The notes beneath the pieces were generated by a model. That model saw nothing but the letters and a program-made list of their open reading frames with translations, did no database searches and was not told where the DNA came from. The position numbers were made by a program, and so were the translations under genes. 64,000 nt of DNA from Prolixibacteraceae bacterium UBA1413 (lineage in GTDB: Bacteria; Bacteroidota; Bacteroidia; Bacteroidales; Prolixibacteraceae), in the NCBI GenBank assembly GCA_002304925.1, contig DBPT01000010.1:15615-79614 (forward strand). The letters run 5' to 3'. This document shows, piece after piece, positions 1 to 8,659 of the stretch. The first letter of the stretch is position 1; each line of letters begins with the position of its first letter.

Positions 1-951
1 CTGTTTTGCCGCCTCAAAATCCTTCAGGTTTTTGTAACTCAGCCCCATATAATACGGAACCATCGGGTCGTTGGGGGCCAGGTGAAGGAGGGGTTCCAGC
101 ATCAGCAGGGCCATATCCTCCTCTTTGCTGAAATAGAGCACCACCCCGTATTCCTTGCGGATGTTCAGGGTGGTGTCATTATGGGAGAGGTACTGTGCAT
201 ATCCTTCAGCGGCCCGGGCATACTCCTTCAGGTAATAATCGTTTTGCGCAAGCCTCAGTTCAAGTAAGGAATTTCCCGGAAACAGCTCATGAGCTCCGGT
301 GAGAATCTCCCGGGCCTTTACAAAGGCAGTATCCTGCTGATATAGGGTGGCCAGCGCCAGGGAACTTCCCAGATCACGGGGATTCATCTCCAGCACCTTT
401 TGGAAGAGCTGTTTGGCTTCCCGGTTTTTATTCAGACGGGAAGCGCTGATGGCCAGCTGTCTGTTGAAGAAGAGGTTGAGGGAATCGGCTTTCCGCAGTT
501 CCGTAAAAACACGGTAGGCTTCCCTGTTCTCCTGCATAATCAGCAGCAACCTGCCCATACGCCCCTTCAGCGGAAGATGGCCGGGAGTGATGGTCAGCGC
601 ATGCTGATAAGTATGGAGCGCATCGACCGAGTTCCCCAAGGCGATGCAGAGATCGGCCAGTTCAGACCACCACACGGTGTTGGTGGAGTCCCGGGCCAGC
701 GCCTGCTGAAGGGCTGCCAGAGCTCCGGGGTAGTCGAAACCTTCACGCAGGGCCAGCGCATGGCGATATTCCCCATAACCAGGCCTCGAAGAGAGCAATA
801 AAGAGTCTTTGATGCCGGTAGATTCTACCTGACGATCAAAAGGATCGGGCATCAGTTCTTCCTCCTGGGCCTGAAGGGAACCGAAGAAAAAAGAGAAAAC
901 GAGGACAGATAAAAGCCTGAGTCCGGCGGAAGGGGAAACCCTGCAGGTCAT
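1..951 (-). CDS. Secreted TPR-repeat protein (partial; C-terminus lies beyond window start)
   Basis: My own minus-strand translation from ATG 951-949 stays open to position 1 (317 codons). It is absent from the ORF track because no stop lies in the window. N-terminus MTCRVSPSAGLRLLSVLVFSFFFGSLQAQ looks like a signal peptide. It is followed by repeated ~34-aa A/L/Y-rich helical units such as ELADLCIALGNSVDALHTYQHALTITPGH. Confidence 0.7.
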   Translation of the reverse strand, partial: MTCRVSPSAGLRLLSVLVFSFFFGSLQAQEEELMPDPFDRQVESTGIKDSLLLSSRPGYGEYRHALALREGFDYPGALAALQQALARDSTNTVWWSELADLCIALGNSVDALHTYQHALTITPGHLPLKGRMGRLLLIMQENREAYRVFTELRKADSLNLFFNRQLAISASRLNKNREAKQLFQKVLEMNPRDLGSSLALATLYQQDTAFVKAREILTGAHELFPGNSLLELRLAQNDYYLKEYARAAEGYAQYLSHNDTTLNIRKEYGVVLYFSKEEDMALLMLEPLLHLAPNDPMVPYYMGLSYKNLKDFEAAKQ

Positions 952-1035
952 GGAACGTTTTTTAAATCATGGCCAAGTTATACTTGTCAGGAAAGATAGG
1001 TTCAAAAGGCAAAATTTATCCCAACCATTACAGGG

Positions 1036-2487
1036 TTATTGCAGGACAAAGCTGATAGGCACCGTGTAGGAGACATTTACGGCTTTGCCCCGCTGCTTGC
1101 CGGGAGTCCACCGAGGCATGGAATTGACGACCCTGAGGGCCTCTTTGTCCAAGACCGGATCCACACCGCGGGCAATCCTGGCATTCCTCACGCTCCCGTC
1201 GGCCGAAACCACAAAGGAGACATACACCTTCCCCTGGATTCCATTTTCCTGGGCGATCACGGGATAGAGGATTTTTTCCGAAATGAATTTTCGCAGGGCA
1301 GCTTCCCCGCCAGGGTATTCAGGCATCTCCTCCACAATGAAAAAGACCTCGCTCTCATCCTGCAATTCATCCAGGTTCAACGTCTCAGACACGGGGCTGG
1401 TTCCTTTCCCGGGATCCCCTGATTTGAGGAGAATGTAGCTTCTATCCGAATTCTGGTCCGTCATCGTTATCATTTCATAGTTGCGTGAACCCAGTATGGA
1501 ATCCAGTTTTCTGACTTCTTCACGGGATCCCGAGATCTTCAGGAGGGAATCGGATGGTTCGATCGTCAGGTTTTCACCGGCGCCGGCATCTAATTTCGTG
1601 CTTGTTTTCTTTTCACAGGCAAACACGACCACCAAAGCCAGGGCGATCATCAATCCTGAAACGATTTTAATTCCCGCAGCCTTGCGGGAAGGTATTTTTG
1701 TCATCATTTTAAATCGGTTTTTAAGTAAGGAATTATTGAAATGGTGTGCTGCGAAAACCTTGCTCCCCACCACTTCTGAAAGGAGTAGATTTTTGTAATC
1801 GGCGGGGGTCATCCCCGAACGGAGGACGGCACGGTCGACCAGGTACTCGTGATTTTCACGGACCGCCCTTTTCAGCATCCAGATAAAGGGGTTGAACCAC
1901 TGGAAAACCAGCAGGATGTCGAGCAGAAGAATGTCCCAGGTATGCCCCTGCCTGATATGCTCCCGTTCGTGATAGACGATCTGGTCATAACCGGGAATCT
2001 GTGCGTAATCCTCGGGAATAAAAAGATAGTTCATAAAGGAAAAGGGATCACTCTCCCTGCCATTCAGTACCATCTTAAAATCGCCGGAATCGGTCACTTT
2101 CCCTTTCCGGATAATGCGTAATATCTGTCCCAGGCGCAACAGGGAAATGATGGCCATCGCCAGAACCCCCGCTAGCCATAAGTTGACGATCAGCCGGGAG
2201 GAGATGACGAATTGCTCCACATTTCCGGAAAAGCGCTGGCGCTCCACCAATACCGTTTCCAGCAGGTTCCGGTAGGGCGTCACCGTAACTTCCGGAAGGA
2301 TGACCGCCCGCGGTGCCAGCACCGGAATGGCTAGTAAGGGTAGCAATAAGGAAAATAAAACGGAAAAGAGGAGAAACAACCGATTGGTCCTGAAAAAAGT
2401 CTCCCTCCTCAGGAATAACAGATAAACCAGGGCAAACAGCGTCAGACTGACCCCCGATTCCAACAGGTAGTTGACCAGATTATGCAT
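1036..2487 (-). CDS. BlaR1/MecR1-type M56 peptidase-domain signal transducer fused to a TonB C-terminal domain
   Basis: 483-aa ORF. Hydrophobic N-terminal helices, HEREHIRQGH zinc motif (HExxH), and a C-terminal EMPEYPGGEAALRKFISEKILYP...VSYTVPISFVLQ segment typical of TonB_C. Its start lies 1 nt after the blaI stop. Confidence 0.85.
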   Translation of the reverse strand: MHNLVNYLLESGVSLTLFALVYLLFLRRETFFRTNRLFLLFSVLFSLLLPLLAIPVLAPRAVILPEVTVTPYRNLLETVLVERQRFSGNVEQFVISSRLIVNLWLAGVLAMAIISLLRLGQILRIIRKGKVTDSGDFKMVLNGRESDPFSFMNYLFIPEDYAQIPGYDQIVYHEREHIRQGHTWDILLLDILLVFQWFNPFIWMLKRAVRENHEYLVDRAVLRSGMTPADYKNLLLSEVVGSKVFAAHHFNNSLLKNRFKMMTKIPSRKAAGIKIVSGLMIALALVVVFACEKKTSTKLDAGAGENLTIEPSDSLLKISGSREEVRKLDSILGSRNYEMITMTDQNSDRSYILLKSGDPGKGTSPVSETLNLDELQDESEVFFIVEEMPEYPGGEAALRKFISEKILYPVIAQENGIQGKVYVSFVVSADGSVRNARIARGVDPVLDKEALRVVNSMPRWTPGKQRGKAVNVSYTVPISFVLQ

Positions 2488-2488
2488 C

Positions 2489-2866
2489 CTAATCCTCCTC
2501 TTCTGCCGTTATATCGTCCCTGACTTGTTGCATCAGTTCATCCAACTCCGCCACTGACAAGTTGTCCTCTTTGGCAAAAAAAGAGACCATCTCCCGGAAG
2601 GAGCCGCTGAAATAGTTCCGCATGAAATTCTTCATGAAAGTTCGGGTATAGTCACTCTTGCCGACCAGCGGAAAATACTCATGGGTCTTGCCGTAGGCAG
2701 TATGGTCCACAAATCCCTTCTGCTCCAGAATCCTGACAATGGTCGACACCGTATTGTAAGCCGGCTTCGGATCGGGAAACCGCTCCACGATATCCTTCAC
2801 GAAGCCCTTCTCCAGATCCCACAAGATCTGCATGATCTGCTCCTCGGCTTTGGTCAGCTCTTTCAT
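2489..2866 (-). CDS. BlaI/MecI/CopY family transcriptional repressor
   Basis: 125 aa. The winged-helix N-terminus MKELTKAEEQIMQILWDLEKGFVKDIVERF...YNTVSTIVRILEQKGFV is characteristic of the penicillinase-repressor family. It sits directly upstream of the M56 gene. Confidence 0.9.
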   Translation of the reverse strand: MKELTKAEEQIMQILWDLEKGFVKDIVERFPDPKPAYNTVSTIVRILEQKGFVDHTAYGKTHEYFPLVGKSDYTRTFMKNFMRNYFSGSFREMVSFFAKEDNLSVAELDELMQQVRDDITAEEED

Positions 2867-2954
2867 AACATCATTAGAAAAATTCTTGAAAATTTCATTG
2901 TCTGATTTTTTAATTGTTTGATAACTCCTTGTATTTCTCTTTGGATATCCGGGA

Positions 2955-2962
2955 CAAATATA
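2955..2962 (-). promoter_or_regulatory. Candidate Bacteroidota -7 promoter box (TATATTTG on minus strand) for blaI-blaR1
   Basis: Plus-strand CAAATATA equals minus-strand TATATTTG, matching TAnnTTTG. No other CAAA is present between 2867 and 2955. Confidence 0.35.
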
Positions 2963-3001
2963 TAACTAATATTTTAGTTATACAACTAATCTGTTAGTTA
3001 T
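2962..3001. promoter_or_regulatory. Two tandem 20-bp dyad operators (putative BlaI binding sites)
   Basis: ATAACTAAtattTTAGTTAT (2962-2981) has perfect 8-bp arms. It is directly followed by ACAACTAAtctgTTAGTTAT (2982-3001), which has one arm mismatch. Confidence 0.6.
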
Positions 3002-3012
3002 TTTTTAAATAT

Positions 3013-3020
3013 TAATTTTG
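3013..3020 (+). promoter_or_regulatory. Candidate -7 promoter box (TAATTTTG) for the ABC-F gene
   Basis: Matches TAnnTTTG and lies 16 nt upstream of the ATG at 3036. Confidence 0.4.
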
Positions 3021-3035
3021 CTGAAAATTTCCTGA

Positions 3036-4904
3036 ATGATTCCATACCTGCAAGCCGAAGATCTGACCAAGCGTTACGGAGGGCTATTGCTCTTTGAGGG
3101 CATTTCCTTCACCATTGCCAAAGATATGAAGGTCGCCCTGATCGCCCGTAACGGAGCCGGGAAGAGTTCGCTTTTTGACCTGCTTGCAGGAAAGGATACC
3201 CCGGATGGTGGCCGGATTACCTGGACCAACGACCTCAGGATCGGATATCTGGAGCAATCGCCCCAACTTGACCCCTCCCACACTGTTTGGGAGGAGATCT
3301 TCACCGCCGACAACGAAAAATTGCAGTTGGTGAGAGAATATGAGCTGGCATTATTGCACCATGACCAGGAAGGGATTGCGCGCCTCACCGGGGAGATGGA
3401 ACAGTTGGGGGCCTGGGATGCCGAAACGGAAGTGAGGCAAATCCTTACCCAGCTGAGAATCGATCAGTTGGAAGCGCAGGTATGTGAGTTGTCGGGGGGA
3501 CAAAAGAAACGGCTGGGGCTGGCCAAGGTGCTGATCAGCCATCCTGATTTTCTCTTACTCGATGAACCCACCAACCACCTCGATCTTGACATGATTGAGT
3601 GGCTTGAGACCTATCTTGAACGCTCCTCCATCACCCTGCTGATGGTCACCCATGACCGCTATTTCCTCGACCGGGTTTGTGATGAGATCCTGGAACTTGA
3701 GAACAACGAAATATTCCGGTATACTGGGAATTACAGCTATTTCCTCGAGAAGCGGGAGGAGCGCATGGAATCGCGTCAGGCCGGCATTAACAGAGCCCGA
3801 AACCTGTTGCGCACCGAGATCGAATGGATGCGCCGGATGCCCCAGGCACGATCACATAAGGCAAAGTACCGGATCAAAGCCTTTGCCGGAATTCAGGAAA
3901 AAGCCAGGCAACGGTCAGACGATAAGGCCGTCGATCTGTCAGTCGGTTCTGCCCGGCTGGGAAAGAAAATCCTGGAGATCCGTCATCTCTCAAAGTCCTA
4001 CGGAGACATCCGCCTGTTGGAGGATTTCACCTATTCTTTCTCCCGTTTTGAAAAGGTAGGTATTGTTGGTGATAATGGAACAGGCAAAACTACTTTTCTG
4101 GAGTTGATTACCGGTCAGCAGCAGCCCAACCGCGGAAGCATCGTACCGGGTAAAACAATCCGTTTCGGTTACTATCGGCAGGAAGGAATGGCTTTTGATC
4201 CCGGAGAAAAAGTGCTTGATGCAGTAAACAAAATTGCCGAAGTGGTCAGGACGGAAGGGGGAAATTCCATGAGCGCCTCCCAATTGCTGACCCGTTTTCT
4301 GTTCCCTCCGGCAGTCCAGTACGATTATATTGAAAAACTCAGCGGAGGGGAAAAACGGCGCCTCTATCTCTGTACGGTACTGATGCAGAACCCCAACTTT
4401 CTGATCCTCGATGAGCCCACCAATGATTTGGATATTGTAACGCTGAATGTTCTGGAAGAGTATCTGCACTCCTTTGAAGGGTGCGTCATTGTCGTGTCGC
4501 ACGATCGATTTTTCATGGACAAAATTGTCGATCACCTTTTTATTTTTCACGGAGATGGCAAGATTCAGGATTTCCCGGGAAACTATACGCAATTCCGTAA
4601 TGCCCGGGAATTGGCAGAACAGGCCATCAAGCCGGTTAAAAAGGAAAACCCTCCCCGGGAAAAGGAAAAACCAGATGCCGCAGAAAGGAATAAGCTGACT
4701 TTCAAAGAAAAACGCGAACTGGAGCAGTTGGAAAATGAGATTCCCCGGTTGGAGGAGCGAAAAAGGAGTTTGGAAGAATCGTTAAGTTCCGGGCATCTGG
4801 GCCATGAAGCTCTTTTTTCCGTATCGAACGAAATCGGGGAGATCACTGCTTTACTGGAGGAAAAGGAGCTTCGTTGGCTGGCTCTGAGTGAAAAGGATAG
4901 TTAA
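3036..4904 (+). CDS. ABC-F family ATPase (Uup-like, two ABC domains plus C-terminal coiled coil)
   Basis: 622 aa. Two Walker A motifs (ARNGAGKSS, GDNGTGKTT), two signatures (LSGGQKKR, LSGGEKRR), no TM segments, and a charged K/E-rich C-terminal tail. Confidence 0.9.
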   Translation: MIPYLQAEDLTKRYGGLLLFEGISFTIAKDMKVALIARNGAGKSSLFDLLAGKDTPDGGRITWTNDLRIGYLEQSPQLDPSHTVWEEIFTADNEKLQLVREYELALLHHDQEGIARLTGEMEQLGAWDAETEVRQILTQLRIDQLEAQVCELSGGQKKRLGLAKVLISHPDFLLLDEPTNHLDLDMIEWLETYLERSSITLLMVTHDRYFLDRVCDEILELENNEIFRYTGNYSYFLEKREERMESRQAGINRARNLLRTEIEWMRRMPQARSHKAKYRIKAFAGIQEKARQRSDDKAVDLSVGSARLGKKILEIRHLSKSYGDIRLLEDFTYSFSRFEKVGIVGDNGTGKTTFLELITGQQQPNRGSIVPGKTIRFGYYRQEGMAFDPGEKVLDAVNKIAEVVRTEGGNSMSASQLLTRFLFPPAVQYDYIEKLSGGEKRRLYLCTVLMQNPNFLILDEPTNDLDIVTLNVLEEYLHSFEGCVIVVSHDRFFMDKIVDHLFIFHGDGKIQDFPGNYTQFRNARELAEQAIKPVKKENPPREKEKPDAAERNKLTFKEKRELEQLENEIPRLEERKRSLEESLSSGHLGHEALFSVSNEIGEITALLEEKELRWLALSEKDS

Positions 4905-5061
4905 CGTATCGTGAAGGTTACGGAGATTGACAGAAAATCCCGCAGATAAGGCTGATGATAGCAGTGTTTTCCGGAAAGTTCAGCGAAAAACTGCGTCATT
5001 TGCAGGAAAAACTCTGTTTCCGCCTGATCTGCGGGATAGGATTAAAGAACCTCCGAGGGGT

Positions 5062-6387
5062 CTACCCCAGGGTGTAAGGTTCGCGATATTGGTAATGGAG
5101 CAGTGCTTCCGCAGAACCGTCGTCTTCAACGAGCGTTTCGGTCGCCGGATCCCATTTGATGGTCTTTTTCAGTTCACAAGCGATATTTCCCAAAGTACAA
5201 ACCGTGCAGGTACGGTGGCCCACTTCCACGGGAACGGCAGGCTCCTTTCTTTCCCTCACCGCTTCGATGAAGTTCAACTGGTGGGGGATCTTAGTTTCGT
5301 AAGGCGTATCGTCGGCCGTTTCGGGGGCTGCCGGAACCCATGCCGGGTCGGAGGCTTCGAAGGCACCGCGGGTGACCATAATCCAGCCCTTCTCCCCGAT
5401 GAATTTCACTCCCTTGGTACGTCTTTCATCAAAAGGTTCGGAGGTCATCACCGTGCCGTTGGCATATTTAAAGGTCATAAATTCAGTGCCGTCTCCCACC
5501 GGGGAGATCTCCACCGGTCCGCTCTCATCCATTTTCAGGGCCCACTGGACAATATCAAACATATGTGCTCCCCAGTCGGTGGTGAAGCCGCCCCCCATTT
5601 CCTTGTACCAGCGCCAGGCCCCCCAAATGGTTTCGTCCTGGTCGGGATCGAGGGTGATCAGCGGATTCAGTTCGTTGTTGTAATGAATGGAATCGGGAAG
5701 CGGTCCGAGCCAGAGATCCCAGTTGAGATCTGCCGGAAGGGTCTCCTCAGGCAGGTCGTAGGGTTTCGGAGGAGCTCCTACATAGGCGTGCGCGGTGATG
5801 ATATTTCCCAGGACGCCATCTTGAACCAGTTTCACGGCATGCTGGAAGTTCGGATCGGAACGCTGCTGGCTTCCCACGGCAAGAATGCGGTTGCTCTCAC
5901 GAACAGCCTTGCGCAATTCCTGCCCTTCCTTAATGGTAAAGGTCAGCGGTTTTTCCAGGTAAACATCCTTACCCGCCCTGACTGCATCAATGGCAATTAT
6001 GGCATGGTAATGGTCGGGTGTGGCAACCACTACGGCATCGATGTCCTCACGGATAAGAAGATCCTTGTAATTTTCGTAGGTTTGAACCTCGGCCTCTTCT
6101 CCCTTTCCGGCATAAAAAGCCTTCACCCGCTTCTCAAACCGCTTGCACTTGATCCCATAAACATCAGCGCCGGCAACTACTTTCACTCCCGGAATGTTAA
6201 TGAACCCGTTGAGCAGGAACATCGCCTGCCTCCCCATGCCAATAAATCCCAGCCGGAGATCAGTCCCCGGAACTGCTTTCGGTTTACATCCAGCCAATCC
6301 CGGCAAAATGGCAATTCCCGCCAGCCCTGCGGCTGTGGTACCGATAAACTGCCTTCTTGAAATTCCTTTCTTCATCTGATTTTTCAT
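5062..6387 (-). CDS. Tat-signal Gfo/Idh/MocA family oxidoreductase
   Basis: 441 aa. N-terminus KKGISRRQFIGTTAAGLAGIAILPGLAGC has a twin-arginine motif. This is followed by the GFIGMGRQ Rossmann motif. Confidence 0.85.
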   Translation of the reverse strand: MKNQMKKGISRRQFIGTTAAGLAGIAILPGLAGCKPKAVPGTDLRLGFIGMGRQAMFLLNGFINIPGVKVVAGADVYGIKCKRFEKRVKAFYAGKGEEAEVQTYENYKDLLIREDIDAVVVATPDHYHAIIAIDAVRAGKDVYLEKPLTFTIKEGQELRKAVRESNRILAVGSQQRSDPNFQHAVKLVQDGVLGNIITAHAYVGAPPKPYDLPEETLPADLNWDLWLGPLPDSIHYNNELNPLITLDPDQDETIWGAWRWYKEMGGGFTTDWGAHMFDIVQWALKMDESGPVEISPVGDGTEFMTFKYANGTVMTSEPFDERRTKGVKFIGEKGWIMVTRGAFEASDPAWVPAAPETADDTPYETKIPHQLNFIEAVRERKEPAVPVEVGHRTCTVCTLGNIACELKKTIKWDPATETLVEDDGSAEALLHYQYREPYTLG

Positions 6388-6644
6388 TCGTTTGATTTTT
6401 AACTGTTAAGAGATATGTCATCCTTAATACAAACTGTGAAAGTAAGGATTTTTTTTAACCCTCCAAAATTGGTGAATACGGGATTACAAATCATTGGCAG
6501 AATGTTAAAGCGCTACAATTGCCTGAAACATGTTAAAGAGCATGACTATTTTTGCTCTTTTTGCTTCCGTGTTCGTACACGGAGGCAAATTAATCACTAT
6601 TTTTGATTTTCTGATCGGAGTTACCCGGTCGCAATCTGATAAAG

Positions 6645-7706
6645 GTGGATCAAAAAAGACAGATACGGATTAAGGATATTGCCCAGAGGGCGAATGTTTC
6701 CATAGGCACTGTGGACAGGGTATTGCATAACCGGGGTGAAGTGTCGGAGGAGACCAGGGAGACTGTCATGCGGATCATTAAGGAATTAGATTACCATCCC
6801 AATGTGATGGCCAGAGCGCTGGCATCGAAGAAGAAGTTGCTTTTTGCCACGCTCTTACCCACACCCCTTTCCAGGGAAGGATACTGGACAAAACCGGCCG
6901 CAGGCATCAAAAAGCGGATTACCGAATTGCGTCAGTTTGGGATCTCCCATGAATCATTCACCTACAGTCAGAACCATCCCCTTGATTTTGTGGCCAAGGC
7001 GGAACAGATTCTGAGCCTTCATCCTGACGGGGTGGTTTTGGCACCTTTTTTTTCGAGAGAATCGCTTCTTTTCATTGCCAGGCTGAAAGAAGGGAATGTC
7101 CCTTTCGTCTTTATTGATTCCAACATTCCCGATCAGGGACAATTGGCCTATTTCGGACAAAATTCATACAGGTGCGGCATGCTTTCGGCCCGTTTGCTCA
7201 GTTTGCTGACACCCGGCAGGGGCAGCTTGCTGATACTTCATTATGCGAAGGAGATGGAACACCAGAACCATCTTGTTCAGCGCGAGATGGGATTCTATGA
7301 ATGGTACAGGAAGAACCAGCCTGACAGGCAGGTCAGAACCTTCGAAATTTCCATAGATGATCTGAATGCCTCTCATGTAAAATTGAAGGAGCTTTATGAG
7401 GAATACCGGCCCGAGGGCATTTTCGTGACCAGTTCTAAAGTTTATCTGGCAGCAAGGACCATCGGGGAATACGGCTTGCATAACATCAGGCTGATCGGGC
7501 ATGATCTCCTTCCCGAGAACAAAAAATTCCTCACCGTGGGAATCGTGGATTTCCTGATCTGTCAGCGCCCCGAAGAGCAGGGATATGATGCTGTAAATGC
7601 CCTTTTTCAGGGGGTTGTCCATAAACTGCCTGTCAGGGAATACAACTATGCTCCCATAGAAATCATCACCCGGGAAAATCTGGAGTTTTATCATGAATTT
7701 AAATAA
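6645..7706 (+). CDS. LacI/GalR family transcriptional regulator
   Basis: 353 aa with a GTG start. The HTH IKDIAQRANVSIGTVDRVLHNRGEVS is followed by a periplasmic-binding-like sugar domain. Confidence 0.9.
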   Translation: MDQKRQIRIKDIAQRANVSIGTVDRVLHNRGEVSEETRETVMRIIKELDYHPNVMARALASKKKLLFATLLPTPLSREGYWTKPAAGIKKRITELRQFGISHESFTYSQNHPLDFVAKAEQILSLHPDGVVLAPFFSRESLLFIARLKEGNVPFVFIDSNIPDQGQLAYFGQNSYRCGMLSARLLSLLTPGRGSLLILHYAKEMEHQNHLVQREMGFYEWYRKNQPDRQVRTFEISIDDLNASHVKLKELYEEYRPEGIFVTSSKVYLAARTIGEYGLHNIRLIGHDLLPENKKFLTVGIVDFLICQRPEEQGYDAVNALFQGVVHKLPVREYNYAPIEIITRENLEFYHEFK

Positions 7707-7711
7707 AAAGT

Positions 7712-8563
7712 ATGAACAAGTTATCGTTTGAAGATCTTAAAGGGAAAGTATGTGTCATCACCGGGGGAGCCGGTGTTTTGGGCACTACGATGGTGCAAGC
7801 GCTGGCTTCTGCCGGTATGAAAGTGGCTATTGCCGACATCAACAGGGAAACAGCGGTAAGAGTGGCTGATGAAATTGCCCTGGAATGCAATGCAACAGTA
7901 ATCGGAATTGAAGCCAATGTGCTTGACAAGGAATCACTGATCAGGGCAAAAGCCGAGATCAATGAAAAACTGGGAAGCATCGATATTCTGATCAACGGCG
8001 CAGGAGGAAACAGTCCCCAGGCTACGACAAAAGTCGAGCAAATGGAAGAAAAAGATATCGATCACCCCGAGGATACCTTTTACGGATTGCAGATGGAAGG
8101 ATTTGACAAGGTCTATAGCCTGAATTTCAAGGGAACCCTTTTGCCGACCATGGTGTTCACAACCGATATGCTGAAGAAGAAAAAGGGGGTTGTACTCAAT
8201 ATTTCATCCATGAATTCATTCCGGCCACTGACCAAGATTCCGGCCTATTCGGCTGCCAAGGCTTCGGTGAACAATTTTACAGAATGGCTGGCAGTCCACC
8301 TGGCCAAAGTAGGCATACGGGTCAACGCCATTGCCCCCGGATTTTTCATTACCAACCAGAACCGTTTCCTGGTGCTGGATGAGAAAACAGGCGGTTATTC
8401 CGCCCGCGGACAGAAGATTGTCAACAGCACTCCCATGGGAAAATTCGGAGAACCTGAAGATTTGCAGGGAGCCACCCTCTTCCTCCTTTCTGACCTCTCC
8501 TCCTTTATTACAGGGATCGTCATTCCCGTCGACGGGGGTTACAGCGCATATGGCGGGGTATGA
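7712..8563 (+). CDS. SDR family oxidoreductase (UxuB-like, possible mannonate/fructuronate oxidoreductase)
   Basis: 283 aa with ITGGAGVLG cofactor motif and YSAAK catalytic motif. The resemblance to Bacteroides-type UxuB is from memory only. Confidence 0.75.
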   Translation: MNKLSFEDLKGKVCVITGGAGVLGTTMVQALASAGMKVAIADINRETAVRVADEIALECNATVIGIEANVLDKESLIRAKAEINEKLGSIDILINGAGGNSPQATTKVEQMEEKDIDHPEDTFYGLQMEGFDKVYSLNFKGTLLPTMVFTTDMLKKKKGVVLNISSMNSFRPLTKIPAYSAAKASVNNFTEWLAVHLAKVGIRVNAIAPGFFITNQNRFLVLDEKTGGYSARGQKIVNSTPMGKFGEPEDLQGATLFLLSDLSSFITGIVIPVDGGYSAYGGV

Positions 8564-8659
8564 TCCCGGAAAGGAAGGTTAAGCCGGCAAGCGGCCATTA
8601 AGATAGGATTGAAAATAGGACAGGTTGAAATATTTTAAGAATCACAAAACTAATCAGTT

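Noticed and set aside
6388-6644. Search for a LacI-type palindromic operator in the divergent promoter region upstream of the LacI gene
   Set aside because: I found only a direct repeat, ATGTTAAAG(C/A)GC, at 6502-6513 and 6530-6541, plus a short AGCGCT core. The flanking arms match in only about half of the positions, so I do not call an operator. The 63-aa ORF at 6415-6606 lies in this AT-rich spacer and looks spurious.
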